Shown: in pieces, positions 25,921 to 38,345 of the stretch
Layout: each line of letters starts with the position of its first letter
Position numbering within the stretch: the stretch's first letter is position 1
Assembly: GCF_037042905.1 (NCBI RefSeq)
Contig: NC_087246.1
Span: 2,668,001 to 2,728,000, forward strand
From: Lytechinus pictus
Lineage: Eukaryota
Direction of reading: 5' to 3'
DNA length: 60,000 nt
Made by a program: the position numbers and the translations under genes
Notes under the pieces: generated by a model
Told to the model about the DNA's origin: nothing
Database searches by the model: none
What the model saw: only the letters and a program-made list of their open reading frames with translations

Positions 25921-26526
25921 TAATAATAATAATGCGGTTCTTATATAGCGCATTTCAGACCTGAAAGGACTCTCATTGCACTTTACAGAAATAAAAATTA
26001 TACAACATAAGGAATTATTTAGAATAACACTTAACAACATTAACATTAATCAGTTACATACATGTATGGCAAGTATTGGGAAAGGTCTATTTGAATGCTT
26101 CATTAAAGAGAAATGTTTTGAGTTGTGATTTGAAAAGTCTAGGATTATGTTGTGATCGGAGAGTACTGGGGAGGGAATTCCAAAGGGTTGGGGCACTGTA
26201 GGAGAAGGACATTTCACCATGCGTCTTAGTTCTTAGTCTGGATACTTGAAGGAGTAGTTGAGTTGATGATCTAAGTGTCCTAGAGGGGGTGTATGGAGAA
26301 ACAAGTTCAGAAATATATTGAGGGCCAAGACCATGGACAGCATTAAATGTTATTAGAAGGACTTTGAAGCGAATTCGTGATTTGATAGGTAGCTAGTGAA
26401 GTTCTTTGAGGATTGGGGTGATGTGGTTGTGTTTCTTGGATCTGGAGACAAGTCTTGCGGCTGAATTCTGGATTCTTTGGAGCTTTGCTATATCTTTGTC
26501 CGGGGTTCCGTACAAGAGACTGTTGC
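25921..26526 (-). mobile_element. 5'-truncated L2-clade LINE (ORF2 C-terminus plus 3' UTR), inactive
   Basis: Minus strand translates NSLLYGTPDKDIAKLQRIQNSAARLVSRSKKHNHITPILKELH*LPIKSRIRFKVLLITFNAVHGLGPQYISELV...RTLRSS...APTLWNSLP...FKSQLKTFLF. These are characteristic L2 ORF2 motifs, with LHWLP broken by a stop. Ends in gcgctatataaga...(TAT)n. Confidence 0.92.
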
Positions 26527-27142
26527 CCTATAAAATATATTGACGACATACATGTGCATTTTATGTCTGCCCAAAGTTAACAAAACTCTCTCTTGATATC
26601 TCTTTTGTATTCCTTTAATTCATACTGAGTCTTCTTCTGACAGACAACAATAAGCGATTTTCAAATGTCACATGCGTAGAAGGCATTAGGGATACATTTA
26701 ACGGTATAGAATTTGATACATGATCCGATGTCGTGTAAGGAGGATGATCAAACACAGGTCATCAGTGTCGCAGGTCTGCACTTGGTATGAATACGATTTA
26801 CACATTCCAATCAAGCGAAAAAACAAAACAGAGATTGCTTTTCCTCATGCATATTCATGATTACAGTAAGACAAACATTGGACTTGATATATCGTTTCTC
26901 CTATCGAATACTTATAATTAGAGGGGATAAAGTCACGTGAATTTTGAATTATCATTTTTATCATATTCCTTTTATGAACTGATGAATATGCATTACTTAT
27001 CAAGAAGTAACGATTTTTGAAACCCCTCTTATCAAGTAAATCAAATGCAGAATCAGTTCACACAAGTATTTATCGGCTTTAGTGACATCTAATGAAATGA
27101 AAAGTAAGAAGTAAGAGTTTAAATTAGATTTATAGCATTATA

Positions 27143-28118
27143 CAGTGCGTATCAAAAAAAGTTTACACTTTGAAAAAGCCCTGGGAATTAAAAAATATAC
27201 AACATGTGGGTAATTTTTTCACATATAATCTTTGGTTTGGATCTCATCTTTCCAATAAAAGTAAAAGTTTTGACAGAATGTCCATTGTCCATTTTTGTGA
27301 AGCTCGCAGAAATCTGTTTGCGCAGAAATGCTCGTTTGTACGCTGTGTCAAGGGGAAAGGGCGAAATCAAACTTACCCTGCGAAGCATTTCTCATACATT
27401 TTCCTTGCACTTTAGTCAATTGAAATAAAACGGATACATTCAAGCATTTTGTAACAATTTTGCCACCCAAATTGAAATTTCAACACTTAGTAAACACAAC
27501 CTTTATTACCCTTTTTTGTGCCAGCTGGATCTGACATAACTGAATCTGAACAAATGTTTATACCAGACATCTCTATCATTTTTTCACTAAGTTTTTATCA
27601 TTTAAAGTTGGTTTAGATTTCATTTTGCATTTAATACTTGTTTCTCCAAACTTTTCCCAAGCTTGACAATGATTAACAAAATGAAAATCAAGCCTAAGCC
27701 ATTTTATGTAAATCACAGCTCAGTGTAAAGCAAATATCGTCACAATGGCCTCGGTGTGTGGGGGAGTGGGATGGGGCGCAATGCACTCCTCGAAGTAGTT
27801 TGGGCAAGGAAATAAGTTAAAAGGGGTAAAAGATATCTTCGAATCAAGTTTACTAGCTAAATTCCACGTGTTATTCATGATTAAGGTCTTCTTTTATTCG
27901 CATAATAATTTCATAGTTCTGCGCAAATCGTTTTTCACTAACTTTTCAAAAGTAAGCGGTGCTCACTCAAGCGGAAATATTTTTCGACAGTTATATCGTC
28001 ATTTGCTTAAATGGATCTGTACCAATGTTAAAATGTGAAGAAAAAAAATTCAGGATATTACAAATGTATACTTTTACAGGACTTTTTCTAAGTGTAAACT
28101 TTTTTTTGATACGCACTG
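27143..28118. mobile_element. Tc1/mariner-type non-autonomous transposon, copy 1 (intron 3)
   Basis: TA|CAGTGCGTATCAAAAAAAGTTTACAC ... GTGTAAACTTTTTTTTGATACGCACTG|TA. Colinear with 43785-44758. Confidence 0.93.
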
Positions 28119-28135
28119 TAGTATAGTGTGCCTAC

Positions 28136-28180
28136 CTGCTTCACCCAAACCTTTGACGTCAGGACTTGATTTCTTTCATC
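28136..28180 (-). CDS. nAChR alpha subunit exon 3 (loop D)
   Basis: Acceptor ttttgctatag|, donor |gtaggc, 45 nt, phase 0-0. Translates DERNQVLTSKVWVKQ. Confidence 0.95.
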
Positions 28181-28472
28181 CTATAGCAAAACAAAGAGAA
28201 AAAATGCAAGTACATTTTCGCCAATACAGCGTGCTTTCCATCTTCCTGTAGCCAGAAATACAGGCCTTTTTAACAGTAAACATTATTTTTTTCTGCATGT
28301 TATTGTTGCAATATCATTGTTCCTTTCATCAGTTTACATGAGAGAGGTCGATGCCCACTCCACATTGCTAAAATGGCAGAAGATTCTGCATCATTTGTTA
28401 TCACTTATACAATGTAGGCACATATTTGATGAAAAACGGATCAAATCTTGAATTTACCTATGAAAATACATA

Positions 28473-28770
28473 GAGCATTGTGGTAAAGTGGATTGGTCTG
28501 CAGACATTGCAGAAGAGGGTAGTAGGTTCGAATCCCAACTATGACGTATTTTCCTTCATCAAGAAATTGATCCATATTGTGCTGCACTCGACCCAGGTAA
28601 AGTGAATGCTTACCCGGAAGGATTTATTCCTTGAAAACTTTGAGCGCCTACATGGAGGCTCAGTATCAAGCGCACTAGAGTTTATGCATATAGTAATTGC
28701 ACTTTATCATTATTATTATTGTTATTATTACTATTGTTATTATTATTATTATTATCACCATCATCATCAT
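28473..28770 (+). mobile_element. tRNA-derived SINE, diverged copy with expanded (TAT)n tail
   Basis: A-box-like tggtaaagtgg, B box ggttcgaatccc, central gctgcactcgacccaggt block shared with 51036-51330. Confidence 0.85.
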
Positions 28771-29944
28771 TATATAATATTAGCATTACAATGTCACTTG
28801 TATGTATCAAATATAATGGAACCTCTCAAAACCCGTTTTACCATTTCGAATTTGCAAATTAAATTAAACGTTAAAAGTAATCTCTCTTGCCATACCCTAC
28901 TCTAAATAAGATAGTCTACTAAACACATGTATGACCGACCAATAAAGATAAAATGTAGATATGGTCAAGTTTGTTAGCAACTTCACTGATCACGCCGGCT
29001 GTTTTAAAATCTGATTAAGGTATTTAGACGGACTTTCTATGTGACCATTTGTCAACTCACGTCACACAGCTACAACTGTTATGTAGGCGCTATGGACATG
29101 CATGCTTTGAGCGCTAATTTAGCAAAATAATGGACATGTTCTGCAATCTCTTCCTGATGCGCTCTTTGTGTAACAACTACTCTCATTTTATTTGATTTTT
29201 TAATAAATTTATCTATCATGTATCTGGCATGTCTATCATTCCGATTGCGTTTGGGTTTTACATATTTTTTTCAATGCTCGTGAGACGTGCTCATAATTAT
29301 CAACATTATGCTGCAGTTTGAAAAAGAACATTTCTCCAGGGAATACTAACACCAAACAAACAGCCAAATGAAAGAGAAACAACTTGCAAGCTTAACGCTG
29401 AAAATTTCATCATAATCGGATGAAAGAAAAAAGTTATTACTTTTTTTAATTTAATGATATGAATTTTCTGCTTTTAGACTTTAAATCTGCATAATATTCA
29501 TATTTCTCTTTCAAATATTATTTTAAACACCCCCTTTACAGATTAAATATTTCTATATTATAAAGCAACCGACATGTATCCTGAAATTCTCAGTCCATTT
29601 CATGCTTGAGATATGTTTTTTCAAGGACAAAAATATGCAGATATTTTGTTCTGGCATCTGATCGAACTAATTTTTCTATATGAAATCGATAATTTTATCA
29701 AAGAAAATTTTATCAAAAAAAATACTTATATTATTAAATAGTCTTTCCTCTTCATGTTTTTCCTTTCATCATTTCCGTTTTAGGGTACATTCATACATAT
29801 AATCTAGTAATAAATTGAAGAAGTGACATGATTTTTTCAGGAATGAGAAATTTCAAGTGAAGTGTATGTTTTAATGTAGACTATACTGCTAATGGCCCTA
29901 AGGCGACCCCTTCACTTAAAACTTTATCTAAGCATATCTTAGGG

Positions 29945-30187
29945 AGTGGCGTATCGAGCAAAGTTTCTTCTTTTAAAAAGCCGAGCGAGCGAGCAAGCGA
30001 AAAGAGCGGGCAAAACTTTTAACATATTTGATACAAAAAGCAGTGTTGTAAAATTGAACATAATGTTAAAAAATAACATGTTAACATATTTTCCCTTCCT
30101 TTTCTTTCCTCCTTTTTTTGGTCGAAAAAAATGTTGGGACCTCCACCACCCCCCCCCCCCCCCCCCCGCCACATCAGTACGTCAGTG
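29945..30187. mobile_element. Degraded hAT-like MITE
   Basis: Ends agtggcgta ... tacgtcagtg (imperfect CAGTGGCGTA TIR), internal gcgagcgagcaagcg motif, poly-C near the right end. Confidence 0.5.
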
Positions 30188-32964
30188 ATCCTAGATATAT
30201 CATGCCTGCTCTACTCTAATCAAATTCTCCTTAGGGTTCATACTGAAATGAATACTGTACATATCTTCGATTTCATTGCATTGCATTTTCAGAAGTTCGA
30301 AGATACCATACCCTGTTAATCCAGCATGTGTGCAGAATTGTGAGAAATGGTCCGTGCCATACCTCTTGACTTCGATAAGAGAGGAGGATCAATACACATG
30401 CTGAGTGCACGCGCGCTGCCAATAATAACCGTTATTCATCTAATTATTACCTCCTTTATGTGGTGTGAGTTCTCAATGGTGGACATACCGCCCCTGACTC
30501 GAAGTTAACACCAATTTAGCACATCTAAGGAAGAAGGTCGATTTTTCTAAGGACATTTTTCCTGTTTTAATCAGTCCAATTGAGACTAATTCCAATGAGG
30601 CTAGGTAAATGACCACATCTCGGGGCTCAGTGGACCGATTCCTACCAAATCTGGATTGTCGATGTTTTGAATCGTGCTCCGCCGATATATCAAAAACCCT
30701 AAAATACAAATACTTCGATTCACTACCTATGGCCATTGTTGTTTGTGTTCATGGTTCATAACTCGTTTTTTTTTAAGTAAATAAACCGTTTTGTAAAGTA
30801 ATTTTCATCATATTTGGATTCAATTCTGGATTCTAAGTCTTATTCTCAGTCAAAAAATCTCTATTTCCGATATCTTCATTGAAGTATTAATTCTTTTTGT
30901 TGAAATTTGCTTTGGTTTTGCATTCGTAGTTTTCCCTAGATTCCCTATATTCCCTAGTTTTCCCTAGATTGAATGTACTTGTTTAAAATCCCTTTCCGTA
31001 TATCAACATCCATTCTATTAGATCTTAGATGCGAATTTTATTGGATACATTATGATTCTATTCTTGAATTTACATTTGGATTTCTTCAGTCTTTTTATCT
31101 AATGGATTCTAATCCTGCCTTTTTCATTTCATCAGATATTTTAATAGAAATTCTGATGGGCATTTCAGGAAATAAGTAGTGATTCTCACTGAATATTGTA
31201 TTTTGTTTTTGAAATGCTCGGAGCATTCATGAAACACTCATGAATCAATTTAAAAACAATTTTAAACTCACTTGATCTTAAGTAGATGTGGAGTTATTTC
31301 GATTCATTCAGGTTACACTTGTCACTCGCGTAATAATAATCTCCGATTCTACCAATATGGGTTTCTTTTCATTCATTATTTATTTGCCATGTATATTAGG
31401 TTATTTATCGTATATTCAAATAGAGAAATCCTGCATTGACGCATTTCTATCTACCTAAGATGTAAAAGTAATAATGTATATTTGAGTTTAACTCCTACAT
31501 CTTTACAGTTTCGAATTTTTCCTAATATGGATGTATATTCTTTTACTTCCTCTTGATAGAAACAGATGCTGATTGTAATTTTTATTTTATATTGATTAAC
31601 ATTGACCTTTTTTAATGGAAACCCCTTGTGAAAATCAGAGGCTCTCTCTCTCTCGGTAAAGTTTATGTCATCATATTTGTTAAAAATGTCAGGAATAACT
31701 TTACGAACAATTCAATGAATTTAGAGAGTAAGCTATCTCTACCTCTTGGCAGGTTATCGAAGTTTAGGACTTCTAGAATTTGAAAGAGCTGTTTTCTTTG
31801 GAATTACACAGCGATGAAGAAAGATCTAAAAATACGTTCTTTATAGTATTACTCCAGCGCGTCTAAATTTACAATTTATGACCTCATTTTTAACTTAAGC
31901 TTAAGTGATCGTCTCATTACTCGTCTCTTACGACAGCACTTTTCTTATACATTTTTTCTTTTAAAAGAGAAACACACATTAAATGAACATATGCAACAAC
32001 ATGTCTAAAAGCTTTCCGTAATGTAAATACCTTTCTTGGTATCGCCCAAGTAATGCTGAAATCTGATATATTATTCTATATTAGACAACTCTGACACATC
32101 TTAATGTCTGATGTTGAACCCAGATGTAATACAGATAGTCAGAGCGGTAATTCCTCATGTACTAATCCAATCATGATCTTATTTACATTCCCTGCATCGG
32201 ATACCGGTACCACGACACGCTAGGTTTTAAGGTTGATTGGTGAGGAAAGCAACACCTCACCAATGTTCGACCCAAATGTGTGTAATGTTCTCTCCTCACT
32301 GCTTTAAAAAACTGTGAACTTAAAAGATCCCATGGAGGTGAGGTAAGCGTTAATCCGATTTCAGCTCGGACTTGAATTGAATAGGAAATAACTATATGAA
32401 TTGCTTTCTTAAATTTTTGATACACATTAACAATGTTTACGCTGTTGAAATTTTAACCAACATATTAGTTAAAACCTTTCTTGCCGCGCTGTCAAAGTGT
32501 GAATTTCACCAACACTGTCATGGGGAAATACTGATCAAATTTTTTGAAGACCTTGTAAGAATAATTTCATATCCTGCACAAGCAAAAAAATAATATCAAG
32601 AGTTTCAACTCGAGACAAAAAACGATATGTTCGATCTCTACAACGAAAAAAAATATGTTGGTGTTTATTCACCGTACCCCCCCCCCACCCCCAAAAAAAT
32701 AAGTAACAAAAACACAAAACAGACGAATTTCTTTTTATCAATTAAGAAGGTTGACGAATTGGTGTTTATTAGTCGGAATTTGTGCGCCGATTCTTTATAA
32801 ATACCGTGTTTTCTTGCCTAAAGTTTAACCAATTCAGCGGGAAAATGAAATGGCTTTGTGAAATCCTTTTGGAAAACTAGCACTGAATAACTGATCCCAC
32901 TCGGGTTTCAAAATGGAGTAAACACAAATCATCCCAACGAGAGAGTACTAAATTACATACTTAC

Positions 32965-33104
32965 AACGTCAATGATCTGTGATATGGATAGCCCAAATGA
33001 AATATTGAGTATGTCTGTCACATTGACCACTGGTAACGGTAGTATATAGTAGTCTTTGAAGAGAGCATCATGGAGTTTTGCTTCATGATCAGAGGCAAGG
33101 ATAT
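32965..33104 (-). CDS. nAChR alpha subunit exon 2 (N-terminal helix and beta1)
   Basis: Acceptor tctctacag|, donor |gtaagt, 140 nt. Translates (x)ILASDHEAKLHDALFKDYYILPLPVVNVTDILNISFGLSISQIIDV, with the typical FGLS.SQIIDV ending. Not in the ORF track. Confidence 0.93.
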
Positions 33105-33159
33105 CTGTAGAGACCATGTACAAAGACACAAAGATAATTTTTTTTTAGCAAATAAGAAA

Positions 33160-33390
33160 GTAAATATGGAGATGAGAATAGTGATTATAGTAGTGATAGA
33201 AATGACGGTGATTATGGTGATGATTATTACGATGGAGATAATGATATCGAAGTTGAAGAGTATTAAAATAATAATGATGATGATGAATCATGGTGACGAC
33301 GACGCTGATGATGATGATGTTGATGTTAGTGGTGATGGTGATGGTGCTGATGCTGATGATGGGAATGATAATATTGATGGTGGAAATTAG
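33160..33390. repeat. Degenerate (GAT)n microsatellite just upstream of the exon 2 acceptor
   Basis: gatgatgat/gatggt variants. Confidence 0.85.
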
Positions 33391-35157
33391 ACAATTAAAT
33401 AAATAGATTTTAATGAAAAATGACATCAAAGCCAAGAACAGGAATAAAAGGAGAGTGGAATATCTGAAAAAAAACCATAAAATGTTACTACGTCGACTAG
33501 TATGATAAAATATTTCGCCATCTCCTCAATTCGATGGCACTTTAAAGCTTCGCAGATGTTGAATTGAATGTACTTTTAATAAATCATGGTCGACTGTAGA
33601 AAGTGCCAATCAAATTTTGAATTTAATTTTCATCCTAAAATTTTATTTAATATCAAAGAATTTATATTCATAATTCGATTGTGCACTTACTACTGTCCAT
33701 AGGGAATAGATAGCTCTAAAAAACTGAGCGATAGCTTACACAGTATTTTTTTTCATTACTGTTTATCATGCAGGTTGCTAAATTCTGAATGAAACCGTTG
33801 CATATTTTAAAACGAATCAAATTTCGTTTTAAATCATGCATTCATTATGCTGAGAGTTGGATATAATCTTAAGAAAAATCAATAAATCATATCAGCAATA
33901 AATTTATTTAATGTTTAGATTTGGTGGATTTGGTCCCTTATATTATTGTATCATGAGGATGTAGTTGTATCGCCCCCAGCAAATTTTAAAAAGAAATACT
34001 GATAAAACAAACATCTATATTGTCAGAGAGTGATTTGACATTTGGCTACCAATAGATTCGCGCCTCATTGTAAGTCAAATTTGGGTTCAAAATACGGACC
34101 ATGAACATTCTCCATCTAACAAGAGAACGCGTCATAGACAGACCCAAGCAACATTCAAAGTGATATTTACTTTCAACTGACATATCTGATCATGTGGCAT
34201 CGTTACCCATCCATTAAACAGGTGTATATGGGTAGCATCAATGGGTTTCTAATTAGCTAGTAGTCATGTGTACCGACCACGAAGGAATGTATACTTGATT
34301 ATTTCAAGGATGAGAATGTGATTCGCAGTGTGACATTGCCAATGGGCTTCTTTAAAGAGGCCGTTGATTTCTTACACAGTCGTAAATGATCAGACATGTC
34401 GGTTGTTGAATCATATGCAAGACATGTAGCTTGTAGCTTAATTAAAGAGACGTTACTTTGCTGTTGTTGTTTTTGTTCTTCTTTTTTTATCATCTGTGAA
34501 ACAGTTGTTATGTGTCATTTCTTTATTCAATATTCTAATGAATATGCAAATGAGAGTTATGAAATTAAATAGTATTCCCCACGTCGTGATCGCATTCTGC
34601 GTCACATTAATCAAAATCACTGTTTTTACTTTCGCTCGCCTATAGTGAAATACTGACTTGCGGAAACAACTAAGATTAATCTTATGCATGGCCTCAATAG
34701 GTTTGAGACCGTAGATATATATCCACCGATTAAACGACCCATTAATTTGTTGAAATTGTGCATAGTTTGGGCCATTCGATGGAATAAAAGGTAATGTTCG
34801 AAAGGGAAAGCTTCTGAGAAACTTTTGAGCCATATTACAGATTTTTTAATACAGCGTCCCGAAGCTGCAAAATTATGAGTAACAAAACAAAGGTCTGATT
34901 TCTCGTCCTTACTATGGGATTTTCAGAGCCTGGAGGAGTGCGAGATATAAGTACCATAAATAACTGTTTAAAAGTTCTCCAACAGGGTCCACTTCTTGTA
35001 TTTTGCAGTCTGGAATACGATCCAAACCTTGCAAATATATAGGTTTGAAAGTTCCAACTCCCTTGAAAGCTGATAGTGCTTTGAGGCGAAAAGCACTAGT
35101 GACTGGCGTTAGGAACAGTTCGATTGCAATGCCAAAACATGCTTACAAGATCATTAA

Positions 35158-35760
35158 AGGGATGGTCCAGGCTGGAGATATTTATATTTCAATAAATAGA
35201 GTAAAGTTCACAAAGCAAAATGCTGAAAATGTGATCAAAATCGGATAACAAATAACGAAGTAATTGAATTTTAACGTTTGCATTATTTCGGTGAAACAGT
35301 TCTAGGTATGTCTATATGAATATTCATTCGGTGGGCTGATGATGTCATATCCCCGCGTGTTCTGTCGTATTTCATTATATGAAATTAGGTTTATTCAACA
35401 ATTTTATACCAAGAATAAAAACAATTGGATTGACAACTGATTAAGTGCATTAGTTAGTTATTGCCGCAACTTGTTTCATCATAATGGAGACACATCATTT
35501 ACACATATATGAAAAAAATGAAACATTTATGATTTTATGTAATCACATAAGAAAAAATAAAGTGCGGATGTGACATCATCAGCCCACCTAATGAATATTC
35601 ATGACGATGTGCATATAACTGTTTTCACAAAATATTGATTAACTTTAAAATTCAATAACTTCGTTATTTTTTATCCGATTTTGATGAAATTTTCAGCATT
35701 TTGCTCTGTGAATTTTACTCTATTTTTTAGAGACCAATATTTTCAGCCCAGACCATCCCT
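35158..35760. mobile_element. Palindromic MITE with TTAA target (Kolobok-like)
   Basis: TTAA|AGGGATGGTC ... GACCATCCCT|TTGA. Arms stay complementary for about 200 bp (gcaaaatgctgaaaat/attttcagcattttgc; gtgggctgatgatgtca/tgacatcatcagcccac). Confidence 0.85.
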
Positions 35761-35869
35761 TTGAAGGCAATGTTAAGGTCTATATAAATCAATTGATAGC
35801 CTTTTTAATTATGTGATATGATTTTTTAGGATTTTTACATGAATTAGCTACAATAACTATGAGTATTTT

Positions 35870-36110
35870 GGGTCGTGTTGTCCAGTATTTAGAGCATTGG
35901 ACTCACAATCGCAAGGTTGTGAGTTCGAATCCCCACTCTGTCATTGTCTCAACTTTGATAGAAAGATCCAAGAGTAATTTCAGTCGTGTATAACGTCAGC
36001 CACTATGATTGATTAACCTAGACGTAAAATGTTTCCTAGGTAATTGGTTATAAACCAGCTTGGCGTTTACCAGCAAAAAGCTGTCCTGCAGAGTTCCCTA
36101 CGGGAGGTAC
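35870..36110 (+). mobile_element. tRNA-derived SINE, second family
   Basis: tRNA-like head gggtcgtgttgtccagtatttagagcattggact...gagttcgaatcccc, followed by a body unrelated to the 51036 family. Confidence 0.7.
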
Positions 36111-37129
36111 CAAAAACAGAAACATTATTCCTTTATCTCCATAATCTTCCTAAATATTATTTTTGTCAGCAATGACGCCATTGATTTTTTGGAAGTAAAA
36201 TGTCGAGAGTGTTAAGTGTTGTTGACTACATGTATTTCATCTTAATTCTGTCATTATCATGATTATTGTGATGATCGGAAGTCTTCATAATAAGAAGTGA
36301 CTGCTTTTGTTTTGTAGTCTACAATATCATTCGTTTCTGCAAATGTAAAGGGTGTGGTGTTTTCCACAAGTTATCCTGCAACTGGGGCGTACTTTCTTGT
36401 TACTCTACGAATAAGCAAAAAAAAAAAACAAGTGAACGAGAAAATATATTTTAATCAATAAAATTACAGGAATAAACAAATGTAAACGACAAGGAAGACG
36501 ACATAGCCATCACTTGACACTGATAATTATTTTAATCACTCATGTAATTGGAAAGGGATAGAACATTCGTTTCATGCTATGTAACATCTTAAATCAGGGG
36601 AAAGTGAATAAAACGTGGCGCCTGGTTCCAGTAATTGATATTTAATTGGTTTTGAAGACCTCCCTGTGAGATCTTGAAGTCACTGTTAGGTTACATGGGA
36701 GCGATCAGAACTAATATCTTTAAGTTCGCAGGTATGTAAATAACAGGTGCAACAGACGTAGTCAAGTTCTATATCAAACATTAATAATGCAAAATATCTG
36801 TTTTGAAAAGTTGTTAGAGTATTGTGTAGGACCTATGCGTGAAGAAAAGGTTAAATTGATTTAAACTTGTTATATGTCTTGTTTCTAGACATTATTGAAT
36901 AATTCTAAAATGACTCTTTAAGTGAAAAGTGCTTAACAATATATTTTCTGCCACTGAAAAACTGAAATTGACAGTTTTGAAAACAGCAACAACAAAAACA
37001 ATAATTATCATGATTATAGTAGTACTAGTAATAATGATAAGGAGAAGAAGAAGAACGATAATAATGACTCTTTACCAAGGGTAGCTACTTCAAGTATTAG
37101 CTGGTTTTCAAGCTGGTTCCTGCATAGCA

Positions 37130-37270
37130 CAGAGTAATTAGTTATTATTTCCCTTCTCCGTGTGAGCGCTTGACAAGAAGGCAGAAGGTCCCATTTATTC
37201 TAGTCTAGGCCGGGGATCGAACCCACGGCCTTTCATTAATGAGGCTAGCGCTCTACCTTGCCCGGTACTA
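37130..37270 (-). mobile_element. tRNA-derived SINE head fragment
   Basis: Reverse complement ggtagagcgctagcctc...gtgggttcgatccccggc has A/B boxes but no intact cloverleaf. Confidence 0.6.
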
Positions 37271-38311
37271 TTTAGTATAATATATTTCATTAAGTTAAAT
37301 CATTATATTGAATGTTACTAAGGATGTCATACAAGTACTACATTGAGTTTTCGGCCCATGGACTTTGAACATAATGTAATTTTAAGTCAAATTCCATTTT
37401 AATGCACCTTATGTGAGGCTAGGGTGTCAGAATTAGATTGACATCATTTTGTTGAATATTGTTTGTAATATCTTGATGACTCGAATTATCAATCCATTTT
37501 AGTGACATAAAATAAAAAGCAGACATATTGATACATCCTCAAACCCATCGTTTGCAAAGGAGTTATGTTTGTATTTCTGATATTTGAAATGTTGCAACTA
37601 GCAAGAAATCATAATAGTTATGTTTCCGTTACATTTTTAACTGTGACAGTTGACAAATATCATTTGATATACGGTACTGAAATCCCATCTCAAGACAATT
37701 AATCTCTCAGCGTGAGATCAAAGACGGTTCTCACTCTCGACCTATCCCTTGCGTCATGTTTGCGGTTTGAAGTTACTATCCTGTCATCTAAGATCTTCAA
37801 TGCCAATAGCCGTAATTGAGGATCAACTAATTGTCACATTGGATGCTTAAGACAGGTAGAACTTAGGATGCTAAAAGGTTAAACATTCTGTGGAAATCTT
37901 TGAAGTTGATTTTTTTCAGCCGTTAATACAGTAACGAAATATTCTTTCAATTTTTTAAATGTAAAATCTATATAGCAACTTTAATCCGCCCTATGCAGCA
38001 AAAGGATGAAACATAATCCAAAGTTTTAGAAAGATCATATATCATGGAACTACGGTTATCATTACCTGTCGAGAGAATGTAAACAGGACGGTGATAAAGT
38101 TAGCAGATACAAGCAACTAATAATAATAATTCCAGTATTGTCAGATCTGATGGTATTCTTTAATTGTTCCCTGAAAGTGATACATATATATAACCATAAA
38201 ACGTGTGTTTCTCCTAAATAACCTCTGGACGATTCGAAGAACGTATTACTTGAGATTCAAGTGACTGTTAGCATTTGCTCTTGTTTGTGGAGTGCAAGTT
38301 TTTCCTTGTGA

Positions 38312-38345
38312 CCCCCCCCCCCCTCCCCCCCCCCCCCCCCCCCCC
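38312..38345. repeat. Poly-C tract
   Basis: About 33 C interrupted by one T. Confidence 0.9.

Larger units (their letters stand above)
20182..33104 (-). other. Nicotinic acetylcholine receptor alpha-type subunit gene (Cys-loop ligand-gated cation channel); span of exons 2-7, signal-peptide exon not located
   Basis: Six exons with GT-AG boundaries join in consistent phase (1/0/0/2/1/0) into one frame of 1529 nt. The 45-nt and 110-nt exons match the conserved exon 3 and exon 4 sizes of nAChR genes. The subtype cannot be assigned from sequence alone. Confidence 0.95.

Noticed and set aside
23528..32964. Mutually exclusive duplicate exons (as in insect alpha6 exon 3a/3b)
   Set aside because: No second DE.NQ...W-type or other duplicated exon was seen in introns 2-3.
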